DNA from: Lentimicrobiaceae bacterium
Lineage (GTDB): Bacteria; Bacteroidota; Bacteroidia; Bacteroidales; JAAYJT01
Reading direction: 5' to 3'
DNA length: 64,000 nt
Assembly (NCBI GenBank): GCA_037446395.1
Contig: JBBIIP010000004.1
Location: 17,625-81,624, forward strand
Notes under the pieces: model-generated
What the model was told of the DNA's origin: nothing
Databases searched by the model: none
Seen by the model: only the letters and a program-made list of their open reading frames with translations
Translations under genes and position numbers: made by a program
Shown: in pieces, positions 49,325 through 59,783 of the stretch
Layout of the letters: each line of letters starts with the position of its first letter
How positions within the stretch are numbered: position 1 is the first letter of the stretch

Positions 49325-51979
49325 ATGATCATGACTAAACAATGTTATCTTATATCTGTATTTTTTCTATTTGTCTTAATTACATCATGTGGTTCGCCAA
49401 AAGAGAAGCCATTCCTCGATACTTCCCTTACATTTGAGGAACGATCCCAGGATTTGCTGATGCGTATGACACTACATGAGAAGGTTGATTTTATGCGATA
49501 TGATTCTCCCGGATGTGACCGATTGAGCATTCCGGAATATAATTGGTGGAACGAGTGTTTGCATGGTGTTGCACGCGCAGGGCATGCTACGGTGTTTCCA
49601 CAGGCCATTGGCCTCGCTGCCATGTGGGACAGGGAGGAAATGTATCGAATTGGAAATGTAATCTCAGATGAGGCCCGGGCAAAGCATCATGAATACATCA
49701 GGCAAGGGAAAAGAGGAATTTATCGTGGATTGACCTTCTGGACACCCAACATAAATATATTTCGTGATCCACGCTGGGGACGCGGCATGGAAACGTATGG
49801 AGAAGATCCTTACCTTACCGGTGAGCTGGCCGTTCCTTTTATCAGGGGGTTGCAGGGCAGCGATGATAAGTATTTAAAAGTAGTGGCAACTGTCAAACAT
49901 TTTGCAGTTCATAGCGGGCCTGAGTCCCTGCGCCACAAGTTTGATGTTTGGCCTTCTGAAAGAGATTTAACAGAGACCTACCTTCCACACTTTCAAAAAT
50001 CAATAAAAGTCGGAAAAGCCTATTCGGTCATGTGCGCTTATCAAAGACTGAGAGGCGTGCCTTGCTGTGGCAACAAATACCTTGAGAGCCTTTTGAGGCA
50101 CCAATGGGGTTTTGAAGGCTACATAGTTTCTGATTGCTGGGCAATTCATGATATGTTTGATGAATCCATGCATCATGTAGTCTCAAGTGCAGAAGAGGCT
50201 TCAGCAATTGCAGTACTTGCAGGAACCGACCTTGAGTGTGGTGCTTCATATCCTTCGCTCATCAAGGCGGTCGAAAAAGGATATATTCATGAAGCCGCGA
50301 TTGACGTTAGCGTAAAAAGGCTGATACTCGCCCGCATGAAACTGGGAATGTTTGATCCTGACGAAAAAGTCAAATATGCCAAAATTCCTATCAGCATACT
50401 TGAGAGTCCCGAACACAAAGAGCGTGCAACCGATGCAGCCCGAAGATCAATCGTCTTATTAAAAAACGAAAACAAAATTCTTCCTCTTAGCAAAGAGATT
50501 CAAAAGATCGCGGTAATTGGTCCAAACGCAGACAATCTGGATGTCCTGCTTTCCAACTATAATGGATTTCCTATAGAGGCGGTAACCCTACTTGCAGGCA
50601 TCCGTAATAAACTTCCTGGAGCAGAGATTGGTTATGCCCAGGGATGCTACCACGCAGAAGATTTTCCGTTTCTTGAACCGATTCCTGCATCATTTCTCTT
50701 CACTAACCAGTCTCTCTCCAGAAACGGACTTAACGCTGAATATTTCAACAATATAGATCTCAGCAGAAAACCACTTCTGAAGCGGGTTGATACAGATATT
50801 GATTTCGTATGGGGCACTAAACCTCCGGCCAAAGGTTTTCTCAATGAAGCATTTTCTGCAAGATGGGAAGGGGTTTTAGTTCCACCTGCAAGCGGAGAAT
50901 ATGCGCTTGGGGGAGAAGGCTTTTCTGGCTTCAGACTTTTTATTGACGGAGAGCTGTTTTGTGAAAGACAAAGCCTGCACAGTCCGGCGAGAGAATATGA
51001 CATAAAATTTCTTGAAGCAGGTAAAAAATATCATATCAAGGTTGAGTACTTTCAGAACCATACGGAATATCCAACCATGCGTTTGCTCTGGAGCATGCCT
51101 CGCCCAAATCTGATTTCAGAAGCAGTTGAACTTGCACGAAATGCGGATGTAGTGATTTTTTGCATGGGTCTGAGTCCTTTCCTCGAAGGCGAAGAGATGA
51201 AAGTCAGGGCGAAGGGGTTTAACGGGGGTGACCGCATCGTCCTTGACCTACCTGAAACTCAGACCATTTTGATGAAAGAGATACATAAACTCGGAAAGCC
51301 CTCGGTACTTGTTCTTTTGAATGGGAGTGCCCTGGCAATAAATTGGGAAGCGCAGAATATTCCCGCCATCATCGAAGCCTGGTATCCAGGCCAAAGTGGT
51401 GGGACAGCCATTGCTGATGTGATCTTTGGTGATTATAATCCCGCCGGACGCTTGCCGGTTACATTTTATAGATCCGTGAATGATATTCCGGCATTTGAAG
51501 ATTATTCAATGGATGGCAAGACATACAGATATTTTAAAAAAAGCCCTTTATACGAGTTCGGCTACGGACTTAGTTATACCACTTTCAAATATAGTGATCT
51601 GAGTGCTCCAAAGCACATTAAAACAGGGGAGCCTATAAAATTATCTGTAAAAATTACAAACGCTGGAAACATGGATGGAGATGAGGTGGTTCAACTGTAT
51701 GTTTCACTTCCCGATGCAATGTTCCCAACATCAATTCGATCGCTACAAGGTTTTAAAAGGCTGCACCTCAAAACCGGAGAATCTCAATTGGTTGAGTTTA
51801 CTTTGCTCCCACATCAATTTTCATGCTTTAACAGCAACAATAATCAATCTCAGGTTGCCCCAGGTCATATCCTGATATCGATTGGCAGCAAACAACCTGA
51901 TGCTTCTTCTATAAAAACTTCTAAAGTTCTGCAAACGCTTGTCGAGGCCAAAGGCGAAATATTATACATAAACAATTGA
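49325..51979 (+). CDS. GH3 beta-xylosidase/beta-glucosidase with an inserted PA14 domain
   Basis: 884 aa. The lipobox is LITSC. GH3 motifs are VKHFAVHSGPE and GYIVSDCWA (nucleophile Asp). A PA14-like insert is present (GLNAEYFNN…ARWEGVLVPPASGEYALG…FRLFIDGEL), and there is a C-terminal Fn3-like domain. Confidence 0.9.
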   Translation: MIMTKQCYLISVFFLFVLITSCGSPKEKPFLDTSLTFEERSQDLLMRMTLHEKVDFMRYDSPGCDRLSIPEYNWWNECLHGVARAGHATVFPQAIGLAAMWDREEMYRIGNVISDEARAKHHEYIRQGKRGIYRGLTFWTPNINIFRDPRWGRGMETYGEDPYLTGELAVPFIRGLQGSDDKYLKVVATVKHFAVHSGPESLRHKFDVWPSERDLTETYLPHFQKSIKVGKAYSVMCAYQRLRGVPCCGNKYLESLLRHQWGFEGYIVSDCWAIHDMFDESMHHVVSSAEEASAIAVLAGTDLECGASYPSLIKAVEKGYIHEAAIDVSVKRLILARMKLGMFDPDEKVKYAKIPISILESPEHKERATDAARRSIVLLKNENKILPLSKEIQKIAVIGPNADNLDVLLSNYNGFPIEAVTLLAGIRNKLPGAEIGYAQGCYHAEDFPFLEPIPASFLFTNQSLSRNGLNAEYFNNIDLSRKPLLKRVDTDIDFVWGTKPPAKGFLNEAFSARWEGVLVPPASGEYALGGEGFSGFRLFIDGELFCERQSLHSPAREYDIKFLEAGKKYHIKVEYFQNHTEYPTMRLLWSMPRPNLISEAVELARNADVVIFCMGLSPFLEGEEMKVRAKGFNGGDRIVLDLPETQTILMKEIHKLGKPSVLVLLNGSALAINWEAQNIPAIIEAWYPGQSGGTAIADVIFGDYNPAGRLPVTFYRSVNDIPAFEDYSMDGKTYRYFKKSPLYEFGYGLSYTTFKYSDLSAPKHIKTGEPIKLSVKITNAGNMDGDEVVQLYVSLPDAMFPTSIRSLQGFKRLHLKTGESQLVEFTLLPHQFSCFNSNNNQSQVAPGHILISIGSKQPDASSIKTSKVLQTLVEAKGEILYINN

Positions 51980-51992
51980 CGAATAAAGCTTT

Positions 51993-54134
51993 ATGCTAAG
52001 AATACTCTTGTTAATTTTCTCTTTTTCAGTCATAAAATTTTTGCAGGCTGAAGACGGTAGCAGATTATGGCTAAGGTACGTACCAGTATGCTCTATTATG
52101 CAGGAAGAATTAGATAATCGTATAGCTTTTATTCATACGGATGCGGTAAATCCGACCATAAAACTTGCCTTAGAGGAACTGCAGCTTGCAGTGAAAGGAT
52201 TTATCGGCAAGGACATTTCGGTTTCCAAGGAATTGAAAGACCGTTCACTGGTGCTTGTTGTAGGAGGAAGCCAACTCGCCAAAAAGTTAAAATTACAAAC
52301 TCAGCTTGATAAAATGCATCGCGACGGATACCTCATCCGATCTGCAAATCTATATAACCGGAAACTCACAATCATTGCTTCACCAACAGCAACTGGTGTT
52401 CTTTATGGAACTTTTCATTGGATTCGACTGGTTCAGACCGGGGCGCTCAATGCTGGTATGCAAGAAGTTTCCGAACCAAAATATGATATCCGCATGTTAA
52501 ACCACTGGGATAATTTAAATGGCACCATCGAACGCGGCTACGCAGGTTACTCGCTATGGAAATGGTCTGAATTACCCAATAAGCTTTCTTCTCGCTATGC
52601 TGCCTACGCCAGGGCAAACGCCTCGATTGGAATAAACGCAATGGTTCCTAACAACGTGAATGCCAATCCTCTAATTCTTAGTGATTCATACCTGCCAAAA
52701 CTTAAAGCATTGGCCGATGTTTTTCGTCCATACGGAATAAAGCTATATGTTGCGGTCAATTTTGCCTCACCTGTGGCATTGGGAAATCTCCAAAATGCCG
52801 ATCCACGAGAGATAGAAGTTCAGGAGTGGTGGAATAATAAAGCCAAGGATATCTACCAACTGATTCCGGATTTTGGTGGCTTTTTGGTGAAGGCAAACTC
52901 AGAAGGTCAACCCGGGCCAATGGATTATGGACGGACGCATGCAGATGGTGCCAATATGCTGGCCCGTGCTTTGAAACCTTTTGGGGGGATTGTGATATGG
53001 AGAGCATTTGTTTACAAGCCCGAAGATCGGGACCGTGCCATGATGGCTTATCTCGAGTTTATGCCCTACGATGGAAAGTTTGCTGACAATGTGATTATTC
53101 AAGTTAAAAATGGCCCGGTTGATTTCCAACCCCGGGAACCATTTAGTCCGCTTTTTGGAGCTATGAAACATACTCCCACAATGCTCGAACTGCAAATAAC
53201 GCAGGAATATTTAGGGTTTTCAAATCATCTTGTTTTCTTAGCGCCTTTGTTCGAAGAAACACTTAAAAGCGATACCTATACCCAAGGCATGGGTTCAACT
53301 GTGGCTAAAGTTACTGACGGAACATTGGCGCCAAATAATTATCGGGCCATTGCAGGGGTTGCGAATGTTGGCGAAGATACAAATTGGTGCGGACATCATT
53401 TTGCACAAGCGAACTGGTTTGCGTTTGGCAGGCAAGCCTGGAATCATGAACTCGGATCCCGGCAAATTGCAGAGGAGTGGATAAAGATGACATTTAACAA
53501 CGATCCAGCATTCGTTGAAAAAATTGCTGAAATGATGATTCAATCACGCGAAGCACCGGTAAATTATATGATGCCGCTTGGTTTGCACCATCTGTTCGCC
53601 TGGGGCCACCATTATGGCCCTGAGCCTTGGTGCGATGTACCCGGGGCAAGGGCTGACTGGCTGCCAAAATACTATCATAATGCCTCTGAAAAAGGCATTG
53701 GGTTCAATCGCACACGAAGCGGAAGCGGAGCAGTTGATCAATATCACCCGCCATTGAACGACATATTTGATGATATTCAAACTTGTCCTGAGAAATATGT
53801 ATTGTGGTTTCATCACGTACCATGGAACCACAGAATGAAATCAGGGAGAACACTTTGGGATGAATTAGCTTATAAGTATCAGGAAGGCGTAGATACCGTG
53901 CGCAATTTTCAAAAAATCTGGGATCGGTCAGAGCAATTTATTGATAAACAAAGGTTTGCTGAAGTTCAATCGAAATTACGAATTCAATCACGCGATGCGG
54001 TGTGGTGGAAAGATGCCTGCCTTCTTTATTTTCAAACATTTTCACACCTGCCAATACCATTTGAACTTGAACGGCCCATTCACAACCTGGAAGATTTGAA
54101 AAAAATCAAACTCGATCTAAAACACCATAATTAA
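51993..54134 (+). CDS. aguA: GH67 alpha-glucuronidase
   Basis: 713 aa. It has a signal peptide and reads as family-typical sequence throughout (…RMLNHWDNLNGTIERGYAG…, …FLVKANSEGQPGP…, …LELQITQEYLG…). Confidence 0.9.
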   Translation: MLRILLLIFSFSVIKFLQAEDGSRLWLRYVPVCSIMQEELDNRIAFIHTDAVNPTIKLALEELQLAVKGFIGKDISVSKELKDRSLVLVVGGSQLAKKLKLQTQLDKMHRDGYLIRSANLYNRKLTIIASPTATGVLYGTFHWIRLVQTGALNAGMQEVSEPKYDIRMLNHWDNLNGTIERGYAGYSLWKWSELPNKLSSRYAAYARANASIGINAMVPNNVNANPLILSDSYLPKLKALADVFRPYGIKLYVAVNFASPVALGNLQNADPREIEVQEWWNNKAKDIYQLIPDFGGFLVKANSEGQPGPMDYGRTHADGANMLARALKPFGGIVIWRAFVYKPEDRDRAMMAYLEFMPYDGKFADNVIIQVKNGPVDFQPREPFSPLFGAMKHTPTMLELQITQEYLGFSNHLVFLAPLFEETLKSDTYTQGMGSTVAKVTDGTLAPNNYRAIAGVANVGEDTNWCGHHFAQANWFAFGRQAWNHELGSRQIAEEWIKMTFNNDPAFVEKIAEMMIQSREAPVNYMMPLGLHHLFAWGHHYGPEPWCDVPGARADWLPKYYHNASEKGIGFNRTRSGSGAVDQYHPPLNDIFDDIQTCPEKYVLWFHHVPWNHRMKSGRTLWDELAYKYQEGVDTVRNFQKIWDRSEQFIDKQRFAEVQSKLRIQSRDAVWWKDACLLYFQTFSHLPIPFELERPIHNLEDLKKIKLDLKHHN

Positions 54135-54174
54135 AAATTCAAAGCTGCACACAAATCAAAACAATTACATAATT

Positions 54175-55650
54175 ATGAATACACAACTTCAGAAGGTTTC
54201 GGTCATTGAAAAAATAGGTTATAGTTTGGGCGACTTATCGGCTAACCTGATCTTCCAGACTTTAATGACTTTTTTGGCATTTTTTTATACAGATGTTTTC
54301 AAAATTCCCCCTGCTGCTGCCTCAGCGGTTATATTCACAGGCGGCATGATCGGGGCTTTTTTTAATCCAGTAATGGGGATTATTGCTGACAGAACGCACA
54401 CGCGCTGGGGAAAATTCCGGCCCTGGATTTTATGGACAGCCATCCCTTTTGGCATCATGGCCTTGCTTGCTTTTAGCACGCCAAATTTCAGCCAGGGTGG
54501 GAAAATTGTATATGCTATGATTACATATATTTTTTTGGTAATAGTTTATTCCGCAAATAATCTGCCTTATGCTGCCTTAAGTGGGGTGATGACAGGTGAT
54601 ATGGCCGAAAGAAATTCCATTTCATCTTACCGCTTCTTGGCAGTAATGATCGCCCAATTTATTGTCCAGGTATTGCTCCTACCACTGGTGCTGATACTCG
54701 GAGAAGGCGATAAAACCATTGGATTTGAAAGAACCATGGGCATTTTTGCAATAACAGGGATCATCTTCTTTATAATTACCTTTTTAACAACCAGAGAGAG
54801 AATAGTTCCAAAACCCGAACAAAAATCGAGTATTAAACAAGATCTGGGCGACCTGGTCAAAAATAAACCATGGGTAGCGATGCTGGTCCTGACAATTGTT
54901 GTTTTTATTACTTTGTCACTAAGAGGCGGAATGATGGTTTATTATTTTCAAAACTACCTTGATGAGGCTGCATTGGCTGCATTTCTGAACAATATTGGGT
55001 TTAATAATTTTATAACCGGACTGAATAACTTTTTCACTGGTATGGGCCTTGTTGGCTTCCAGTGGCCTGAAGATGCACCCACTTCAGGATTTAGCCTTTT
55101 TAATGCCGGCGGTATAATTTTTATGATTATTGGAATTTTGTTCTCAAAACCTTTGGCAGATAAGTTTGGGAAAAGAGATGTATTTGGCGCAGGGCTTTTA
55201 TTGGCTACATTATGCATTTTTGGCTTTTTCTTTCTTAATCCGAACTCTATCGCCATGGTTTTTATATTTCAAATTCTTCATGGTTTCTTTTATGGAATAA
55301 CTATTCCGTTGCTTTGGGCCATGATTGCCGATGTGGCAGATTATTCGGAGTGGAAAAACAACAGGCGGGCCACCGCAATCATTTTCTCAGCGATGATCTT
55401 TGGTCTAAAAGCCGGCTTAAGCATTGGAGGAGCGTTGGCAGCAGGTATTCTGGCAATATATAGCTATGATGAGCAGCTGGTTGCCCAGGCAAGTCACACG
55501 ATTGCCGGAATTAAGTTATCTATCAGCATTTTCCCAACTATAACATTCATGATTGCCATTAGTTGTCTATTTTTCTATGGAATAAACAAAAAAACTGAAA
55601 CCCGCATTGAAAAAGATCTGCTTGCTCGAAGGGCAACCAATGAAGAATAA
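54175..55650 (+). CDS. Glycoside-pentoside-hexuronide (GPH) family cation symporter, likely a xylo-oligosaccharide importer
   Basis: 491 aa with 12 TM segments. GPH-type N-terminal motifs are present (EKIGYSLGDLSANLIFQ…, GIIADRTHTRWGKFRPW). It is embedded between xylan-active hydrolases. Confidence 0.85.
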   Translation: MNTQLQKVSVIEKIGYSLGDLSANLIFQTLMTFLAFFYTDVFKIPPAAASAVIFTGGMIGAFFNPVMGIIADRTHTRWGKFRPWILWTAIPFGIMALLAFSTPNFSQGGKIVYAMITYIFLVIVYSANNLPYAALSGVMTGDMAERNSISSYRFLAVMIAQFIVQVLLLPLVLILGEGDKTIGFERTMGIFAITGIIFFIITFLTTRERIVPKPEQKSSIKQDLGDLVKNKPWVAMLVLTIVVFITLSLRGGMMVYYFQNYLDEAALAAFLNNIGFNNFITGLNNFFTGMGLVGFQWPEDAPTSGFSLFNAGGIIFMIIGILFSKPLADKFGKRDVFGAGLLLATLCIFGFFFLNPNSIAMVFIFQILHGFFYGITIPLLWAMIADVADYSEWKNNRRATAIIFSAMIFGLKAGLSIGGALAAGILAIYSYDEQLVAQASHTIAGIKLSISIFPTITFMIAISCLFFYGINKKTETRIEKDLLARRATNEE

Positions 55651-55720
55651 AACATCGCCTTATTGCTTGAACTAAAAAAGTTAACAACTATTTCTTAATA
55701 ATCACTCAATAATTATAAAA

Positions 55721-56881
55721 ATGAAACACCTTTCAAAGAACATAATAATGGCTGGGTTTCTCATTGCCCTGATTTTATTAATGGGTTGTAAATCGTTTCA
55801 ACAAGATTGCCAATCAGATGCTCTGAAAAATGCCTTTAAAGACTATTTTCTGATCGGAACGGCCATGAACACGCAGCAGATCACCGGAACTGATCTGAAA
55901 GCAGATAAACTGATCAAGCAACATTTTAATTCAATAACTGCCGAAAATTGCATGAAAAGCGGAATATTGCAACCCGCTGAAGGTGTATTTGACTTTACCC
56001 TTGCTGACAAATTCATTGAATATGGTGAAAGCAATTCCATGCATATTGTCGGGCATACGCTCATTTGGCATTCTCAGGCTCCTTCATGGTTTTTTGAGGA
56101 TGATGCAGGGAATGATGTTTCGCGAGAAATCATGATTGAACGAATGAAAAACCATATCTTAACGGTGGTAGGTAGATACAAAGGAAAAGTATATGGATGG
56201 GATGTAGTCAACGAAGCAATTGAAGATGATGGAACCTGGAGAAAAAACAAATTCTATCAGATAATTGGAGAAGATTATGTGAGCCTTGCGTTCCAATTTG
56301 CCCACCAGGCCGACTCAAGTGCTGAATTATATTATAATGATTTCAATATGGCTGTGCAGAGCAAAAGGGAAGAAGTCGTGAAAATGGTTAGAAATCTTAT
56401 TGAGAAAGGGATAAAAATTGACGGCATTGGTATGCAGGGCCATGTTCACCTGCCTTGGCCTTCGATTGAGGAATTTGAAAACAGTATCCTTGCCTTTTCA
56501 GCTCTGGGGCTAAAAGTAATGATTACAGAAATGGATATGTCGGTATTGCCTATACCCAAAATGGATGTTGGCGCCGATGTAAATTTCAAGCTCGAATATC
56601 ATCCCGAACTAAATCCTTATCCCCAAGGCCTCCCCGATTCCGTATATGAGGCATTTCAGAACAGGTATCTTCAGTTTTTTAAATTATTTCTGAAGCATCA
56701 TGAAAAAATTGACAGGGTAACGACCTGGGGCGTTCATGATGGCCAATCGTGGCTTAACAACTGGCCCGTTTATGGAAGAACAAATTATCCGCTACTTTTC
56801 GACCGTAATTACAAGCCAAAACCCGTTGTTCAGGCCATCATTGATGAAGCGATAGAGCAGAAGAAAACAAATATGAAATAA
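55721..56881 (+). CDS. GH10 endo-1,4-beta-xylanase (second copy; non-acidic lipobox context)
   Basis: 386 aa. The lipobox is LLMGC, followed by KSFQ. The catalytic motifs are GWDVVNEA and MITEMDMS. Confidence 0.92.
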   Translation: MKHLSKNIIMAGFLIALILLMGCKSFQQDCQSDALKNAFKDYFLIGTAMNTQQITGTDLKADKLIKQHFNSITAENCMKSGILQPAEGVFDFTLADKFIEYGESNSMHIVGHTLIWHSQAPSWFFEDDAGNDVSREIMIERMKNHILTVVGRYKGKVYGWDVVNEAIEDDGTWRKNKFYQIIGEDYVSLAFQFAHQADSSAELYYNDFNMAVQSKREEVVKMVRNLIEKGIKIDGIGMQGHVHLPWPSIEEFENSILAFSALGLKVMITEMDMSVLPIPKMDVGADVNFKLEYHPELNPYPQGLPDSVYEAFQNRYLQFFKLFLKHHEKIDRVTTWGVHDGQSWLNNWPVYGRTNYPLLFDRNYKPKPVVQAIIDEAIEQKKTNMK

Positions 56882-56909
56882 TTTGATAAAAAAACCAATT
56901 GTAAAAACT

Positions 56910-57878
56910 ATGAAAAAACCGAGATATCTAGTATCAGGTATATACACGGCTGATCCGTCAGCGCATGTTTTCGGCAGCAAGATTTATATTTACCCCTCGC
57001 ATGATATTGATGCCGGGATTCCGGAAAACGACCTTGGTGATCATTTTGATATGCGTGATTATCACGTCTATTCAATTGATGGCATTGATGGTGACGTAAC
57101 TGACCATGGAGTAGCCCTGGATATAAGAGATGTTCCCTGGGCCGGAAGGCAGATGTGGGCACCGGATGCTGCTTATAAAAAAGGCAAATATTATATTTAT
57201 TTTCCGGCAAAAGATAAAACAGATATTTTCAGGATTGGAGTTGGGGTGGGAGACCGGCCTGAAGGCCCATTCATTCCGGAAAAACACCCAATAATTGGCA
57301 GCTATTCTATTGACCCTGCCGTGTTTGAAGATGATGATGGCAAACATTTTATGTATTTTGGAGGAATCTGGGGAGGGCAACTTCAGCGATACCGCCACAA
57401 CAAAGCAATGGAATGCGGCAAAGAACCTGCCGATTCAGAAGCTGCTTTGTGCGCCAAGGTTGCACGCTTGAGCGAGAATATGCTTGAGTTTGCCGAAGAG
57501 CCTAAGGACGTGGTCATTCTTGATAACGAAGGGGTTCCGCTCAGGGCGGGAGATCACGACCGTCGCTTTTTCGAAGCCCCGTGGATGCATAAATACAACG
57601 GAAAATATTACTTTTCTTATTCCACAGGCAACACCCACTTCTTGTGTTATGCCATTGGAGATAACCCATACGGCCCGTTTAACTACCAAGGCAAAATATT
57701 GACACCAGTCGTCGGCTGGACCACACATCATTCGATTTGTAAATTTAAAGATATGTGGTATCTGTTTTATCACGACAGTGTTCCCTCAGGAGGCAAAACA
57801 TGGCTGCGAAGTGTAAAGATTATTGAACTCGAATATAACACAGATGGTACAATAAAAACCATTGATGGGTTGCTATAA
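56910..57878 (+). CDS. GH43 beta-xylosidase/alpha-L-arabinofuranosidase, small single-domain form with no signal peptide (the track start 56883 is a TTG)
   Basis: About 322 aa from ATG 56910 (MKKPRYLVSGIYTADPSAHVFGSKIYIYPSHD…). The five-bladed-propeller GH43 pattern carries a catalytic Asp in TADPS. There is no hydrophobic N-terminus. Confidence 0.88.
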   Translation: MKKPRYLVSGIYTADPSAHVFGSKIYIYPSHDIDAGIPENDLGDHFDMRDYHVYSIDGIDGDVTDHGVALDIRDVPWAGRQMWAPDAAYKKGKYYIYFPAKDKTDIFRIGVGVGDRPEGPFIPEKHPIIGSYSIDPAVFEDDDGKHFMYFGGIWGGQLQRYRHNKAMECGKEPADSEAALCAKVARLSENMLEFAEEPKDVVILDNEGVPLRAGDHDRRFFEAPWMHKYNGKYYFSYSTGNTHFLCYAIGDNPYGPFNYQGKILTPVVGWTTHHSICKFKDMWYLFYHDSVPSGGKTWLRSVKIIELEYNTDGTIKTIDGLL

Positions 57879-57905
57879 CAGTATTAACAATCATATTTTT
57901 GAGAA

Positions 57906-59624
57906 ATGAGAATAACTATCATGGCTCTGCTGGTTTGCTGTTTGTTCGCGTGCAACAAGCAAAACAAAGTAATTTTAAAAGAAGGGAAGGCATATTTCGA
58001 GTACTTTGCCTACTCTGGCAGCGAAGATTATTACGATGAGTTTCCACTCAGCCAGGGTGAGTTTTATAACCCGATTCTTTCAGGCTTTTTTCCCGATCCA
58101 AGCATCTGCCGCAAAGGTGATGACTTTTATATTGTTAATTCGACTTTTTCTTTTTTTCCGTGTATTCCGGTTTTCCATAGCACCGACCTGGCCAACTGGA
58201 AGCAAATTGGGCATGTGCTTGATCGGGCAGAGCAATTTCCGAATACCGATCAACCTGTTTCGTATGGAATTTTTGCCCCTGCCATCACCTACAATCCTCA
58301 TAATGAGACTTTCTATATGACAACGACCTATGTCGGTGGTGGAGGAAATTTTGTGGTAACAGCCAAGGATCCGGCTGGACCCTGGAGCAACCCAATTTGG
58401 TTACCTGAAGTTCAGGGGATTGATCCATCTCTCTTTTTCGATGAAGACGGCAGAGCATATATTGTTAATAATCAGGATCCTGAAGGAGAAATATTATACA
58501 AAGGCCACAAAGCTATTTGGATTCAGGAATACAATGTTGAAACCAACCAAACTTTTGGACCAAGAAAAGTACTTAGAAACGGAGGGCATAATCTTGCCGA
58601 AAAACCCATCTGGATTGAGGGGCCACACATCTACAAAATTAATGGATACTATTATTTGATGGCTGCCGAGGGAGGCACCTCCATAGATCACCGGCAGGTA
58701 ATTTTCAGGAGCAGGAACGTGATGGGCCCATATGAGACAAATCCATCAAATCCTATACTCACACAACGTGACCTCGACAGAAACCGCAAATATCCAATTA
58801 CTAACGCCGGACACGCCGATTTGATTGAAACCCCCTCCGGCGCCTGGTATTCCATTTTTTTGGCTTGCAGGCCATATACTCCCGAAAACCACTTCAACAT
58901 TGGCAGAGAAACGTTCATTCTGCCTGTAAGTTGGAATGAAGACAGTTGGCCGGTAATATTAGACAAAGGACTTGAAATACCTATGATCCTAAATCTGCCT
59001 GAGGGAGTTGCGCTAATGCAAGATATTCCAGGTTATATGCAGCAAGGGAATTTCTCATTCGTTGAATACTTTAAATCTGAAAAATTACCACTTGAATGGA
59101 TGTTTTTGAGAACGCCCGTAGAAAAATGGCATGAATCAGACCTGAACCAGGGAGGAATTTGGTTAGAGGCGAGGCCTGCTAATCTCAGGGAAAGAAAACA
59201 ACCATCGTTTATTGGCACCCGCCAAAGACATCATAATTTCAATGCGGAAACATCCTTACATTTTTTGCCAAAAGGCGAAACTGACCTGGCTGGACTGGTT
59301 CTTTTTCAGAACGAAGGCTATCACCTGACCCTTGGAGTAACAAAAGATAAAGATGATTATGTTGTTGTGCTTCAAAAAGCAGAAAAAGTTCAGGATGAAA
59401 TCACTAAGCTTATCCTCAACAAAGTAGTTCTACCAAATTCTTTTCGGGGAAGAATTTGCCTTCAGGCAAGTTGTAAATCGGGTGAATTCAATTTTTCCTA
59501 CAAACTATCTGATGACCAATGGATTGTTCTGGCAGATAAAATTGATGCAAAATATCTCAGCACCGAGGTAGCCAGAGGGTTTATCGGAACCATTCTCGGT
59601 TTATATGCTTCATCTAATGAATGA
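57906..59624 (+). CDS. GH43 beta-xylosidase-type enzyme with a C-terminal beta-sandwich domain
   Basis: 572 aa. The lipobox is LFAC. GH43 motifs include YNPILSGFFPDPSICRKGDDFYIVNSTF and WIEGPHIYKINGYYYLMAAEGGT. The C-terminal ~200 aa is concanavalin-like (GH43_C2 type). Confidence 0.9.
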   Translation: MRITIMALLVCCLFACNKQNKVILKEGKAYFEYFAYSGSEDYYDEFPLSQGEFYNPILSGFFPDPSICRKGDDFYIVNSTFSFFPCIPVFHSTDLANWKQIGHVLDRAEQFPNTDQPVSYGIFAPAITYNPHNETFYMTTTYVGGGGNFVVTAKDPAGPWSNPIWLPEVQGIDPSLFFDEDGRAYIVNNQDPEGEILYKGHKAIWIQEYNVETNQTFGPRKVLRNGGHNLAEKPIWIEGPHIYKINGYYYLMAAEGGTSIDHRQVIFRSRNVMGPYETNPSNPILTQRDLDRNRKYPITNAGHADLIETPSGAWYSIFLACRPYTPENHFNIGRETFILPVSWNEDSWPVILDKGLEIPMILNLPEGVALMQDIPGYMQQGNFSFVEYFKSEKLPLEWMFLRTPVEKWHESDLNQGGIWLEARPANLRERKQPSFIGTRQRHHNFNAETSLHFLPKGETDLAGLVLFQNEGYHLTLGVTKDKDDYVVVLQKAEKVQDEITKLILNKVVLPNSFRGRICLQASCKSGEFNFSYKLSDDQWIVLADKIDAKYLSTEVARGFIGTILGLYASSNE

Positions 59625-59783
59625 TCGCAAAACTGAACGACCAAATTACGGCCAATTGTGCGGAATTTTATCCTCATGCAAGAATCTTGAAAGGAAAAGC
59701 CAATTACAACACAACAGCTAACCGCCTTGATTCTTATAGTCCCGGGTAAGGATCGAATATAATATTTTCTGGGTGGAGTATTA

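Noticed and set aside
26714-59624. Xylose operon plus PUL as a tRNA-Val-associated genomic island
   Set aside because: I found no integrase, transposase or repeat of the tRNA 3' end at the far boundary, and no obvious change in composition by eye.
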